DNA from: Obrimoposthia wandeli
Lineage: Eukaryota
Length of the DNA: 64,000 bases
Assembly (NCBI GenBank): GCA_977020255.1
Contig: CDROCS010004090.1
Span: forward strand, 62,001-126,000
Reading direction: 5' to 3'
Shown here in pieces: positions 10,222 to 23,400 of this stretch. The position numbers and the translations under genes were made by a program. A model generated the notes under the pieces. It was not told the DNA's origin and did not search any database. It worked only from the letters and a program-made list of their open reading frames with translations. The first letter of the stretch is position 1; each line of letters begins with the position of its first letter.

Positions 10222-10764
10222 TCCTTCAAGATTGGCGGGAACTTTGGGAGCAGGGCTTGTCTGGACTTAACAAGATCCCACGAACATTGACAAATGAACA
10301 TTTATGATCTTGTGGTTTCTGTTGTATCAGAAGAAACGGCGTACATAGTCGTCTTAAATGGACTGGGAATGAATGGACCACAAGACGGACAGTAATGTGC
10401 TATTCATTCTCAGGCTTGCAAAATTGTATCACCTTTGCTAGAAATGATTGTATGAATTTGAGCTTATAGTGACGTGAATAAATGAGTTTTTGGGTGCTAA
10501 TAGTGATTTTGAGAAGAATGAATGTGTAAAGGTTATGTATGATAGGAACTTTAATTATGTTAATGAAGGCTTAGAAGTATATACATTTGTAGAGGTTAGG
10601 ATAAACTCAAATAAAGTCAATCGTTGGCAAAGAAGAATTTTTTTCAAGTATGAGAGATATACCAAGAATAGAGTAGGTACGGTAAATTTCTCGGTGTGGA
10701 GATGGGGAGTATTAGGTATTAAAGTTATGTATATAGACTGTGTATAAAGTATTTCCGAAATGTA

Positions 10765-11494
10765 CAGGGTGTCCCCCAGAAAAACCAACGAATATAAATT
10801 AAAATCACAAAGCAATATAATATATATATATTATAAAAAACACTAATAAATAGATTGTAGATAAAAAGGGATTTATATAAATATATCATAATGTTCAATA
10901 TGTACGCCATTTTGTTCAATAATTGCTTGAAATCTTAACGGTACATTTTTTATCACTTTTTCGAAATGTAATAGTTTCATTTCTTCAATACAGAATTTAA
11001 TTTTTTCTTTAAATTGATTCAATGAGTTAAACGATTTTTCATACACTTTATATTTCAGGTAACCCCAGAAGTAAAAATCCATTGGATTAAGATCCAGGCT
11101 TCTGGGAGGCCTAGACATTTCAAAATGCCTACTGATTACCCGTGATTGGCTGAAAGCTGTTTTCAAGAACTCTTTGACATTTGACGCAATATGTGGTGGA
11201 GCTCCATCTTGTTGAAAAATAACTTTATTTTATCACCGGTTTTTACGAAGTTGAGTCATTACATCATTTTTTTAAATATTCAAATATTTTCCACCATTTA
11301 GAGTGTCTTCAATAAAAATAGGTCCAATTACAAACTTTTCGATATTTTCCATAATAACCTATTATATATATTGTCTGTATAATAAAATAAAAACCCTTAC
11401 TTTATAAAATATAAAAATCAATATTCAATAAAAATTGTATATATGTGTGTTTTTATTTATATAATAAATAGTTCAAATTCAATGGGACACACTG
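10765..11494 (-). mobile_element. Internally deleted Tc1/mariner (DD37D/maT-like) transposon
   Basis: TIRs CAGGGTGTCCC / GGGACACACTG, each flanked by TA. Transposase C-terminus IFQQDGAPPH..RPPRSLDLNPMDFYFWGYLKYKVY..NGVHIEH. Confidence 0.85.
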
Positions 11495-11599
11495 TATATG
11501 ATTATTAGTAGATTGATTAAAAGGAAGTAATGTGATGTTTATATATATATATAATCCTTTAGTTCATCTTTGGATTTAAACTGATTCCTCGTATATATT

Positions 11600-12540
11600 T
11601 CTTTAAATGACTAAACAATCACAAATCACTGTGTGAGATTTGAACTGTATGGAAGATGATCCATCTGCACAAATAAATATCTTTCAATTACTTCTTATGT
11701 TGTATGTACCGGAGCGTTGTCATGAAGTAATTAAAACTTCTGATTTGATGATTTTCATCTTAAACATATTGCTTCTTGGTTTATATAATATTCAGAGTTT
11801 ATTGTACCATATGTGATAACAATCTTTAGTATTACCATGGTGCTTCAAACAACACTCAAAATGAGACATTTCTGTGTGAAGTTCCAAATCGCATCACCTT
11901 TAGTGGCTTTTCATTCCTTTTATTCTCGATTGGATAGCCAAACACATAAGCACAATGGAGTCTCATCTTCTGTTACAATATTTTATTAAACACAGGAACA
12001 ATGTTCTCTAAAAGTTGAAGATTGATTTTAAAGCGAGATTTCATCTTTGTATCATCTTGACGAGAATAGACCGTGAAATGAACCAACGACATAATTTTAT
12101 AAGTTCGATTTTATTTAACATAAGCTATACTCTTAGTTTGCTCCTATTTAATTGCAGTAACAATTCCAATTGTGTACTTATCCTTTCCTCGGTAACAATT
12201 ATTTTCAATTTTCCCATATTCTCCTCAATGGTTAGAGCACTCGTGTTCTGATGACGGCACCACGATTTCAAACCTGCTGCTTGTCAACTAATTTTCTGCG
12301 ACAATTCTTCATGCAAAAATCAACACATGGCCTTAATTGGACAACAGAAACAGCTGGTTAGCGCAGTAGGCAACCCCGTGGGTCACATGTGAATTAAATT
12401 TGAAACCTGTGACAGAGATACGAGGCTTACTCTGTTTAACACCGACTCATAGGGTGCAGTGTGTTGCTTTAGAAAATGAATCTACCAACTGATCGGCCAG
12501 TGCTCTCGCTATCAAAAACACTTTGTCAGTCAAATAAAAA
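11600..12540 (-). mobile_element. Heavily degraded DNA-transposon remnant, possibly MULE-like
   Basis: Stop-ridden frame CPIKAMC*FLHEELSQKIS*QAAGLKSW, loosely like the MULE IKGCxFH..GLK motif. Weak evidence. Confidence 0.25.
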
Positions 12541-14421
12541 GTTTCGTATCCAATTGTAACCTTTTTACTAGTGTTGAAGTCCAGAAACATACGAATTTAA
12601 TAAAAATAATTGGCTATATTTATAGTCCTGGCCAAGGACATTTTAAGGGTGTTGAGTTAAAAAATTAATTAAATTAAAACTATTACAGAAACAAAAAGTT
12701 TAATTTTTCTCTAAGTGTTACTGAATTAAATTAATAAATGAGACTAGGGTCACCGAATATAACTATAAAATATACTTTTTATTATTGAAAAATGCAACTC
12801 AGTAACGCAACATGACACACAAAAGAAACGAAAGGGAGACTTGACAACGAATAGCTGCGTTAGAATGAATAAGTTGCAGATCATTGACTGAAAAGAATCC
12901 CATAAAAGAAACGAGGCAGAGTTTACGACGAGATAAGAAAAGGACATACGAACAATCCAGTGGAATCTCAGCGAAGAAATTCCTTCCAGACGGATATCGA
13001 TCGAAGAAGCACAACGAGTCAACAAGGAACAAAGGAAACAGGACGTTCTGCAAATCAGACTCGGCGAGTATTTTAATTTGATTTCAATTGTTAAAATTAT
13101 TTAAAATCGCATTTTGAATAAACGTATATTTGATAACAAAATCTATCCTGAACACGAACAGTTATTGTTACATATTTAAAATCACATTTTTCGTAATAAA
13201 ATCTTTCCGGTAAACAGACAGTTATTATTACATTTATTAACATCCGTGTAAAATCATAACAAACCTGAACCAGGTCCAAGCCTTTCATAAACTCAACCCG
13301 TTTCTGTAGAGATAAAATCAGCTTGTAAACGGCACAGAAAACACATTATCCCAGACACTTCAGAATAAATTTGACAGAGTTCACGAGACTCGCTTTTAGC
13401 ATTTGAAATTTGTAAACTGAAGTATTTTATTTTGATTTGGTGTTGAATAAAGTATTTTATTTCGAATAAAATTGTTTTTGAATAAGACACATAGAACCGG
13501 GAAAACCTGATAGTTTCTCAAGAATAGTTGGACTATACACGATTATAGAATCTAGAGAACACGTTTAACCGTAAACATTCATTTTTAGAAGTCATCAACT
13601 CACTGATTAAGCAAACATTTGAAATTAGAATTGAGGCATAAAAAACACATGCATTCAGATAACTTTTGAGACTAAAAGGATAGGCCGTCCATACAAGACC
13701 TATCACTCTAAAGAACTCACGCACCAGAGGCTTCCATAAGAAGTACTTCAACTCTGGACCCAACACTAGCATAGTGCTTATACACCGTATTATTCTTGAA
13801 TTTGTTTCCTATTGTCTTTAGAAAAAACTAAAAACGGAATACACTGCGAAATAAACACTGTAAATACGTTTAAACAAAGGTGATTAACTTACTCTTTATA
13901 TGTTCATTTTAAATATATAATTTGATTCGTATAGCTTTAAGTGCGAGTCGAAGGACTTTTAGGCCTCTCCATACAATCTAGTCAATTCAAATCTATGCAG
14001 CCAATATTTTTGCTACCTTTCTAAGCACATTAGACAAATCTTTAGGTTCAAAATATTATATAAATTGTTAATTGAAATCATTTTACATTAACACCATTCT
14101 CGTTGCTGCCACAGCGATCTCATTTAGTTAACAATTATTTGACATTTTTATCTTATAACCGTTTTTGTGAATTCACTTTCAGATAAACTTTTTTTCAAGT
14201 AGACAATCAATTTTTTCACATTCCAGTATTTCTAACCTGAAGAATATCATATTATTCTAAATTTTCTTAACTTGTAATAATTTGATTTAATGAGGGAGAA
14301 CTTAAAAATTTTATATGAAATCGACAAACTTCCCAAAATATATTATTGGAGCTACAAAAACAAGCCAAAGTAAAACGATACGTAAATGTATTTACAACAA
14401 GTGAACATAAACGCGCATATA

Positions 14422-17400
14422 CTATGCCTGGTCAAGTCCAGCCTTCTTTTCCTCGATAACGTAGATGAGAAGTCGCCACATTTTCATAACAAATATATCG
14501 GCTTCTTCCTCCAAGATCTGAAGAGACGAAATAAAACCATCAGAAATGCAAAGTTCGAAAATAAAACAAATGTTTCGATTAAAGTTTATTCCATGTCTCT
14601 GAGAAATCTTGTATGAAAAAATTCACGTATACTCACCACAGCGATATCTGCTAGGATCTGGTCGGGCGTCTTATGCTCAAGCACTTGATCGCAGATAAAT
14701 TGTGACAAGGACGGCTCGTCCTCCCCAATGTAGGTCACGATCTTCTTCTTCACCCAGGGCTTGATGCGACTGTCCACGAAGGCCTGAATGAGTATTTGTG
14801 ATCAATAGCATTCGAGGATCACATAAGTTATCCTAAAAACTCCCTTTTTGAACCGCAATTTGTTAGTCATAAACATTTAATTAAGACCAAAGGTGGACTT
14901 AATAAAATGGTGCGGGTTGTTCATGTTTTTATAAACATTGAAACTTAAAGAATGAAATAAATATACATATTCACATTTTTCTAAAACATCATAATCATCC
15001 TGCTCTTCGATTTTGAGAAGAATGTCAAAGGATTTAAGTTGAATCTCAACATCGTAATTACATGGACTTTCAAATTCCGTATGATCATCACTTGTCACTT
15101 TGTGTTCTTTGACTTCATCCGCATTTATATAAAAATTAATCCCGATTGTATGAAATACATTTTTAATTTTCTCTACCAACAAATATGTCTATGCTAAATC
15201 AATTCATTGTACAATTTCTTCATTATTATATTCCTCGAAGTCATTTGTTATTACGATATATTTACAGAAAAATCCAAAGCTTGGCCTATTAAGTTAATTC
15301 ACCAGGAATCATTACAATTAATGTTTTCATTTATTTTTCTCATTCTCAGTTTTATGACCAGGTGCAGCATCAAAAATGTTTTTTATCGAAGAAAAATTTA
15401 GATTCAATACACTTTTATGAACCATAATTCAATTTCGGGTGAAACCATTTTTTTGATAAAGCTGGAAGTTTTGGAGGATATGCAATTTTGTCAGACCGCT
15501 CAAACAAAAGCTAGGTAGATGTATATTCAACATTTACCATACTAGTAGAATCGGGTGGAACACAATCTTCTAGCTAAAATTTATTTCAATTTCACTGCTG
15601 ATATTAGCCCAGAAATAACATGCTCCACATGTATTTCATCTTCCATGACATACCTGGTGACTCCATCAATTGGAGAAATCATGACCCAATATGTAATTGA
15701 TGAACTTCAATAGTGTTTAATCTATAGCATACGAATTTTCTCTGCTGTAAATAAATATACTCTGCAAATCGATTAGCAAAGCATTTTAAATGGAACGATG
15801 CTTCACTTCTAAAACTGATGTTGATGCATAATCATCCGCCAATAGTCCTTGCACGATCGTATTTTTCCATGGCTTCATACCTTCTGGATACAACCCTTTG
15901 TTAACAGATGAAACATATAAACAAACATCTTGGCTTATTTTGTGTTGGGATCTGTAATGATCATCTGCAACTTTCTGTTTTCTGCTCATTGGAAATACTC
16001 TTTTCGCTATGATCTCTTACTGGTTAACATGGAGGCACTGACAAAGTTTAAAAACAATGTGTCCAGTCTAATGAAGGCGATGATTGCTTTGTATACTTAT
16101 CACTAAAATTTCTCCTTGTTTTTCACAATCAGATGTTACTACAGAAGAAATTGCAGCGGCGATTGGTATTCCACTCTATTTAAAATGCTACAAAAAATCA
16201 TGATAATGATTTATTAAAACGACTTTTATTAAAATCCACGGGAAGATCGCAAAAACCCTGTTGGTAGATTAGTAAAATATGCAAGTCATATTCAAAATAC
16301 GAATTTACGAGATGACTAGTAGAATCGATAATGTTTACTACTTTTTAACGAAATGGATTTAAAAGATTCCAAAATTAATTGGGGATTTCCTGAAATTTCC
16401 ATTGGTTATGAAAGTCATGGCAGACATTTTGCGATTTGCTTAGAAAACAATCTCAAACATTATATGGAAAAGAATAAAGTATTAGTTATTCCTAGAAAGG
16501 AACATATAATAAAAAAGAAATACTATTACGTCATGACGATATATTTATATTGTTAGAATATTGTTTAAAAACCGTCGATTGCACATATCATGTCACATTT
16601 TCAGATTAATAATTAGAAATGAAGTCTTTTTCGTAGAAAAATGTGTGGACTTCTTTAATTTTATTGTTAACTTATCACACAAAAATATCGTCAGTGATAC
16701 TTTCTTAAACACTTACGCTATCAACCATATCCCATTCGATCTTGTAGGCGAACAAGTCCGCCTTGCTTGTGGGGATGCTGTCTATGATCTGCTTCACCAG
16801 CAATCTGCGGTCTACGACACTCGCTTCTATGGTCTCTGTTGAGTTTACTGTTTCCGGCTCGGTCAGTGTTGCAGGAGCGACAGGCTTACTCTCAACAGGC
16901 TCTACAGTCAGCGGTAACGCTTCTTGCTAGAAGAGAGAAACACTTAGATAATATATGAACATTACATAAAGTCGACAAAAATTGAGTACTAATCGACGCA
17001 ATAAGTCCCCTATTTATTCAAATAAAAATGTTTAAGGTATTAATTTGTATAATTAATGATTAATAATAGTTTTAGAAACTAATTAGAAAAGTTGCTGATT
17101 TGTATATTAAGATTTCAGAAGACACATCAATATGTTCCTGTTTAGAAAATACTGCAGTTAACTACTTAAAGTTGCTGATTTGTATATTAAGATTTCAGAA
17201 GACACATCAATATGTTCCTGTTTAGAAAATACTGCAGTTAACTACTCAAAGTTGCTGATTTTTAAAGCACCTTTAAAAATTAAGTATTTTTACAAGTATT
17301 AAGAAATTTACGCTAAAATAATTATATATTTCGTTAATTCATTTTGTAAAACGCAAATTATATTGAACTCAAAAATAAAAGTGAATACAAATATTTATTT

Positions 17401-20400
17401 TTAATCAAATTTTACTAGTGTTTATTTCAACTGTCTACTAGAAACATTTATAATTATTGGAATTGAATGTCTATTGAATCATCACTTTTACCATTTCTTC
17501 GTTTGTTTTTCTTTCATACATCAATATATATGCTCAATAAATTATTTTCACTACTACTCCCTCTTTAAGTAATCAAACTTCCTAAAATAAGAGGTATACT
17601 AAACTTTCCATTTATTGTACAAAACTATTTTGTTTGAAAAAATGTTTAGAAAATACTGCAGTTAACTACTTAAAGTTGCTGATTTGTATATTAAGATTTC
17701 AGAAGACACAACAAGACGTTCCTGTTTAGAAAATACTGCAGTTAACTACTCAAAGTTGCTGATTTTTAAAGCACCTTTAAAAATTAAGTATTTTTACAAG
17801 TATTAAGAAATTTACGCTAAAATAATTATATATTTCGTTAATTCATTTTGTAAAACGCAAATTATATTGAACTCAAAAATAAAAGTGAATACAAATATTT
17901 ATTTTTAATCAAATTTTACTAGTGTTTATTTCAACTGTCTACTAGAAACATTTATAATTATTGGAATTGAATGTCTATTAAATCATCACTTTTACCATTT
18001 CTTCGTTTGTTTTTCTTTCATACATCAATATATATGCTCAATAAATTATTTTCACTACTACTCCCTCTTTAAGTAATCAAACTTCCTAAAATAAGAGGTA
18101 TACTAAACTTTCCATTTATTGTACAAAACTATTTTGTTTGAAAAAATGTTTAGAAAGTATTATTGACGAAAATATTTACATGGCTCATAAATGATGATTG
18201 GTTTCATAAAACTGAAAAAAATTGTATTATCAGTGTAATGATATATATTTTAAAAATTTCCACATTTTTGTTATTTGATTCATATTTGAGTTTGTCAATC
18301 ATGAGTTTCTTTTTCTCATCAAAGAAATAATGGGCAGAAATATTTTCACAGGACATAAAATGAGTAAAATTGGAAAATAAATAATGATCAACTAAAAGAA
18401 GCCTGTAACGCAAACTCTATTTAGACCAGTGCCCGGGAAACTTTTCATTTGGCGGGCCAAAATGTAGATTTTTTGAACGCTCGGGGCCAGAAATGCGAAA
18501 AAAAAACCAAAGTTCATAAAAAATCCCTAAAACAACCACATGACAGGGCTAAAAAGACTGTATTTCAAGTATAACTGTACAATTCCTGAAAATGGGATGG
18601 ATGGAACTGCTTCTTCTGATTCATAATAGCACATATGTCTGGTTTCATCCCCGAGGAAGCGATTCTCAGAGTGTTTTCCAAATGTTCATCTGAAATAGAG
18701 TTTCTGTTCTTCGATTTTGAGTACTTCAACTTGGAAAAGAATTGCTCACAGAGATAAGTGCTGCCGAACAGCGTCACTGTTTTCATTGCATGATGAAGAA
18801 GGTTCGGAGAAGATTCATCAGAGACACAGTCTTTGTAGAACTCGACTAGTGGTTTTGACAAGAATTGTGCACTCAAATCCATATTGTTCTGCAGATCAAT
18901 CAATTCTAACTGCAGATTCGTGGGAGCTGTCACTGGATCAACAGAAAAAGGCATTGAGAAGATCTTGAAGTCATTTTCGTTTGCCCGAAACTCTTGAAAA
19001 CGCCGAGAAAACTCTGCTGTGAGTTTTTCGATTTCAGTGGAGTATCTTCCTCCTTCTGGCTTCAATTCTTTCTGACCTTTCAGACAAGGGAAATGATCGA
19101 AAACATTGTTCTCCAATTAACCTTTCCAAAGAAGCAGCTTGGCTTCAAACGACTTGATATCATCAAAGAGATTGTGAACGAGTTTGTCCTTTCCCTGCAT
19201 AGACACATTCAATTGATTCAACTTTTCAGTAATGTCGACCAAGGCAAAGTCGCAGAGCCACTGTTCATCGGAGAATTCCAGTAGAGGCCTTCCTTTCGAC
19301 TCCATGAACTGTGCAATTTCTTCTCTCAGCTCCCACATCCGTTTCAGAGTGCGCCCTCTACTCAGCCATCTCACTTGAGAAAAGTACAGAACGTCTTTGT
19401 AATTCGCAGCCAATTCCTCCAAAAGTTCTTTGAATTGGCGATGATTCAGTGCCCGAGCACGGATGAAATTCACAGTTGATAATATTTTAGCCATGATTTC
19501 CTGGAAACCAATGACCTTCGTGCACAAAGATTCTTGGTGTATGATGCAGTGGCACCATATCAACGTTTGGGGAATGTTTCTGGTTTGGAGCTCTTTCTTT
19601 AACATGCCTTGAAATCCTTTCTGCTCCCCAACCATTGCAGGTGCACCATCTGTGGCAATTCCAACGAGTTTTTCATAATTCAAATTCGCTTTCTTCATTG
19701 CTGAATCACACTCCTGAAAAACGTCCTTTCCGGTACAAGTGTCCTTCATGGGGCACAGAGCAAGAAGTTCCTCAGTTATATTGAACTCATCATCAACACC
19801 TCGCACGAAAATGGCCAACTGAGCAGTATCTGAAATGTCCGTGCTCTCGTCAAGTGCCAAGGAAAACACTTTAAACTGAGAGGCTGCTGTGTGCAACTGG
19901 TCAGAGAGATTTTTTGACAATTCCTCGATCCTCGTACCGATTGTCCTAGCACTCAGGTTGAGACTGTTTAAAATAGGAGCTTTCTCTGGGCACATTGAGT
20001 CAAAAACTGCTTTCACACACTCTTTCACAAACTCTCCGTCACTGAATGGTTTCATCCTCTTTGCAATTATCTCTGAAACTACGTAGCTCGCCTTTGTGGA
20101 TTTTTTGAATTCTCCTTCTGATTTGGTAAACACATTTTGTTGAGATGACAGCTTTCCCTTCAGTTCTTTGACTTTCACAGCTCTTTGTTCTCCTTGCCAC
20201 TCATCAAACTTGGAAGAGTGTTTTGACATGTAATGACGTTTGACATTGCTTACTTTGGCAACAGCGATCGTTTCTGTGCATATAAGGCAGACAATGTTTC
20301 CTCTGTTCTCCACAAAAAAATAGTCTCTTGTCCAGTCCTCATTAAACGCACGATTTTCAGAGTCAACTTTACGTTTCTTGAATGCCATTTTTACATTGGT

Positions 20401-23400
20401 AAAAATTATTTGAAAATAATGGAAAATAATGTATTGTAATTCTTCACTTCGTACAATTTTTTGAGAACCTGTTTACTTCCGAATTTAAGTCACAGCTGCT
20501 AACTGACTGACGCAGTCAACAGTACAGGATTGAACCTTACGTCATAACAAATTACGATTAACTGGCTGTTACGTAACTCTGTACTGCTAAAATTAACGAA
20601 AGTGGTGGTTTCATTACATTATCCAAAACTTTACGCGGGCCGGATTAAACCACACCGCGGGCCGGACTTTCCCGGGCGCTGATTTAGACTCAGAGATGGT
20701 ACAGTGAAGAACGAAAGAAGGGCATTTGACTATAAAGATTTTCCATATCGACCATGTACAAATTCCAAAAACCAAAAAGATATTACCGGGCACGTCAATA
20801 TCTGGTAAATCTGCTATTCTTGATATTTCTAAGGAATCTATACGCAGAATTGTAAAGTATGCGACGAACTACCGAAGTCTACATCACACGGGTTCCCTGA
20901 CTCATTAGTGAAAGAATAAAGGAGCACAGATATGAAAGTCTATTAAGATTTATCGACATATTTCCAAAATGTAAAGAACCTTTAAAACACTTAAAAAGAC
21001 AAACCCTGTGCATAAAGTGGGAAAGAAAATCGTTTACATGCTTTTCAGGTGATTCCTAATGTTCCAACATCAATGTTATTGCTTCGATTTACTCATGGTG
21101 GTAGGTTTTATGTTGAACAAACAAATGCTGATGAAGCAGTAAACAGCCAAAGGTATTGCCAGTTGCTACTAAATGCCTTTGATGCTTCGGACGTATCAGA
21201 AGTTCATACGAAGAACATTATTCTACATCATGTTGCATGACCACGAACAGCTGCAAATACCCAAACATTTCTTATAAAAAAGTATATTTATTCAAAATCA
21301 AGCCCCAAATGTTTTCTGATTATCTCCATGTCTCAAAATCCTGACGAAATGGGGCAAAATCCATTTTATTTTCGTAAAAAGCTAACACATTTTGACTAGA
21401 ATTATCAAATTTCGTAAAGGGAAATAACAAAAATTATTATTTGGTAAATAGTGTTAATTTTTGTGCACCATTTGTGTTTTTCGGTATATATTTTCTGTAA
21501 TATGTAGTTGAGAGAAACTACGGTCAACACTCATGGAAATTTTGTTATTATACACACGGTAGTTCTTATTCAGATCAAAAGAATCAAAAAGTATCCAATT
21601 AAACAAGGTATATAGTTCACTGGTGTGCTGTATATAGCAAATAACTGCCTTGGAAAGTTACTAACCTCTTCAGCTTTTGGCTCGAGTGCAGCTGCCATTT
21701 CTATGACTGGCGAGCCCTCTTGAACAGGCTCAATGCTGTCAACTTCGTCATGATGGTGATTGTTCTGACTGGCCTCTGGAACTTCCTGGGCCACCTGGTT
21801 GGCCTCATCTTCTACTACATCAGAAACAATTTCTGCTGCGGCTGCAACTACAACATTGTTGTCATTTATGGCGACCGGTGGCGTCTCCACTAGGACCATC
21901 TTTTTCTGTAGATGTTCCTGCATGGACTGCTCCATTTTGGAGATGATCTCTTCCACATTTGGATTCTCCTCCTTGATGAGACGCTGCCGCGTATTCTCAA
22001 TCTGTTCCATTTCCTTCTGCTTGTCCTTGTCGTCCGAACCCTCTTCAAGTCTCCTGGCGTTCAGACGCCGCTCCAGTTCACTGCCCCTATGGAAAAAGAA
22101 AGATGCTCAGTAAAAATAATCTTCATTTCTCTGATCTCCAATATGTAAGATTGCATTCAAATAAAATATATTTTAATATGCAATATTATTTTTAATTTGA
22201 ATCTTACATTTACACTGGAAAGACATTTAGTCTAAATGATAAGCACCGGAGTAAATAAGCGAATTCAATATATATCAACAAATATTTCTGAAAATAATAA
22301 TTAAAATAAAAGTTTACCAAAACCCTAAGTTCCGGAATAGAGTACAAATGGTACATCTTCACATTATAATTATTTATTTTCAGATTCTTTATTTCTCCAG
22401 CCGTTGGAAACGCATGTTCTATAAATGTTATTTAACTCTATGTGTTTTGTATATTGCAATATTCAAGAAAACATTTTTCTTCACGATTTGAAACATTCTT
22501 CATTGACTTGTTGGTGTCATATCTCAAACTTATTGCTGTCTGAATCTCCTATTCAGTTATTAACTCAAAGTATTTTTAAATAAACGTATCTTTACAATTG
22601 TCATAGCTTTATAAGTTATTCTTTCTTTAACTAAACTCTTTTAATTGATATACTTTCTCTTTTAAATTTTTGATATAGTTGAATCATTTGTAGCTTCATT
22701 AAGTAACATTCTGGAGAAACATAAGAACGGATTTTGAAAATCTAGTCTCGAAAAAATATTTTACTCCATCCACTTTTTATCATTAATTTTTTGTCTTCAA
22801 TTATTGAAAATGAATAATAATAAAAATTCAGCATCACCCAACAGATTGTAGATGAATTTAATTCACAATGGAAGTTATTTACTGTTGCTCTTAGCGACTT
22901 CTGCTTAATCGGAGGTCATTTTAATTGTTCGAAATTCACAAACATAACAATTCATGAAACTACTTTTCGAATTTAATTTTCCTATTCTGATATATTGAAA
23001 AATGGATGGTGACTGAAATTTTAAAAATTCGATATAAAGGTAGAGGCATAACACTTCTAAGAGAAAACCGAATAAATATAATTAACTCAATTTTGTTGAA
23101 AGAAAACATATCTGCCATATATAAAACCTTGAATCAAATTTTGATGTATATAATAGATTCTCTCTTCTCACCTGTAGTATTTAGCATCCCATTTTTCGTC
23201 GTCGTAGTCCTCGAAGAAAATCTGCAATTTGCGGGCCTCCTCAGATATTTCTTTATCTTTAAGGATCTTGCGCTCTAGTTCCATTTCATACTCCTTCAGC
23301 TTCTTCTTCTCTCGTCCCTCCCACATCTGAAGTCTGGTCTGATAAGCGGCTTCCTTCTCTCGCAGTTTCTTCTCAAGTTTCTTCAAAATCTGAAGGATAC

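Noticed and set aside
10222-10760. Possible 3' end of a LINE or an extension of element 1
   Set aside because: No recognisable motif in any frame; the short ORFs are not convincing.
12750-13800. Short ORFs (12750-13772) and imperfect ~60-bp repeats at 13100-13220
   Set aside because: No protein motif, TIR or TSD identified; probably an unclassifiable TE relic.
17089-17260. 80-bp repeats as a CRISPR-like array
   Set aside because: The units are contiguous with no unique spacers, the context is a eukaryotic intron, and there are no cas genes.
555-19119. Stop-codon reassignment (TAA read as Tyr or Gln), suggested by single in-frame TAAs in PolB, integrase, ATPase and the hAT transposase
   Set aside because: The implied residues differ between sites (Tyr vs Gln). 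PolB and other genes end naturally at TAA, and the same elements also carry frameshifts and TGA stops, so ordinary decay explains it.
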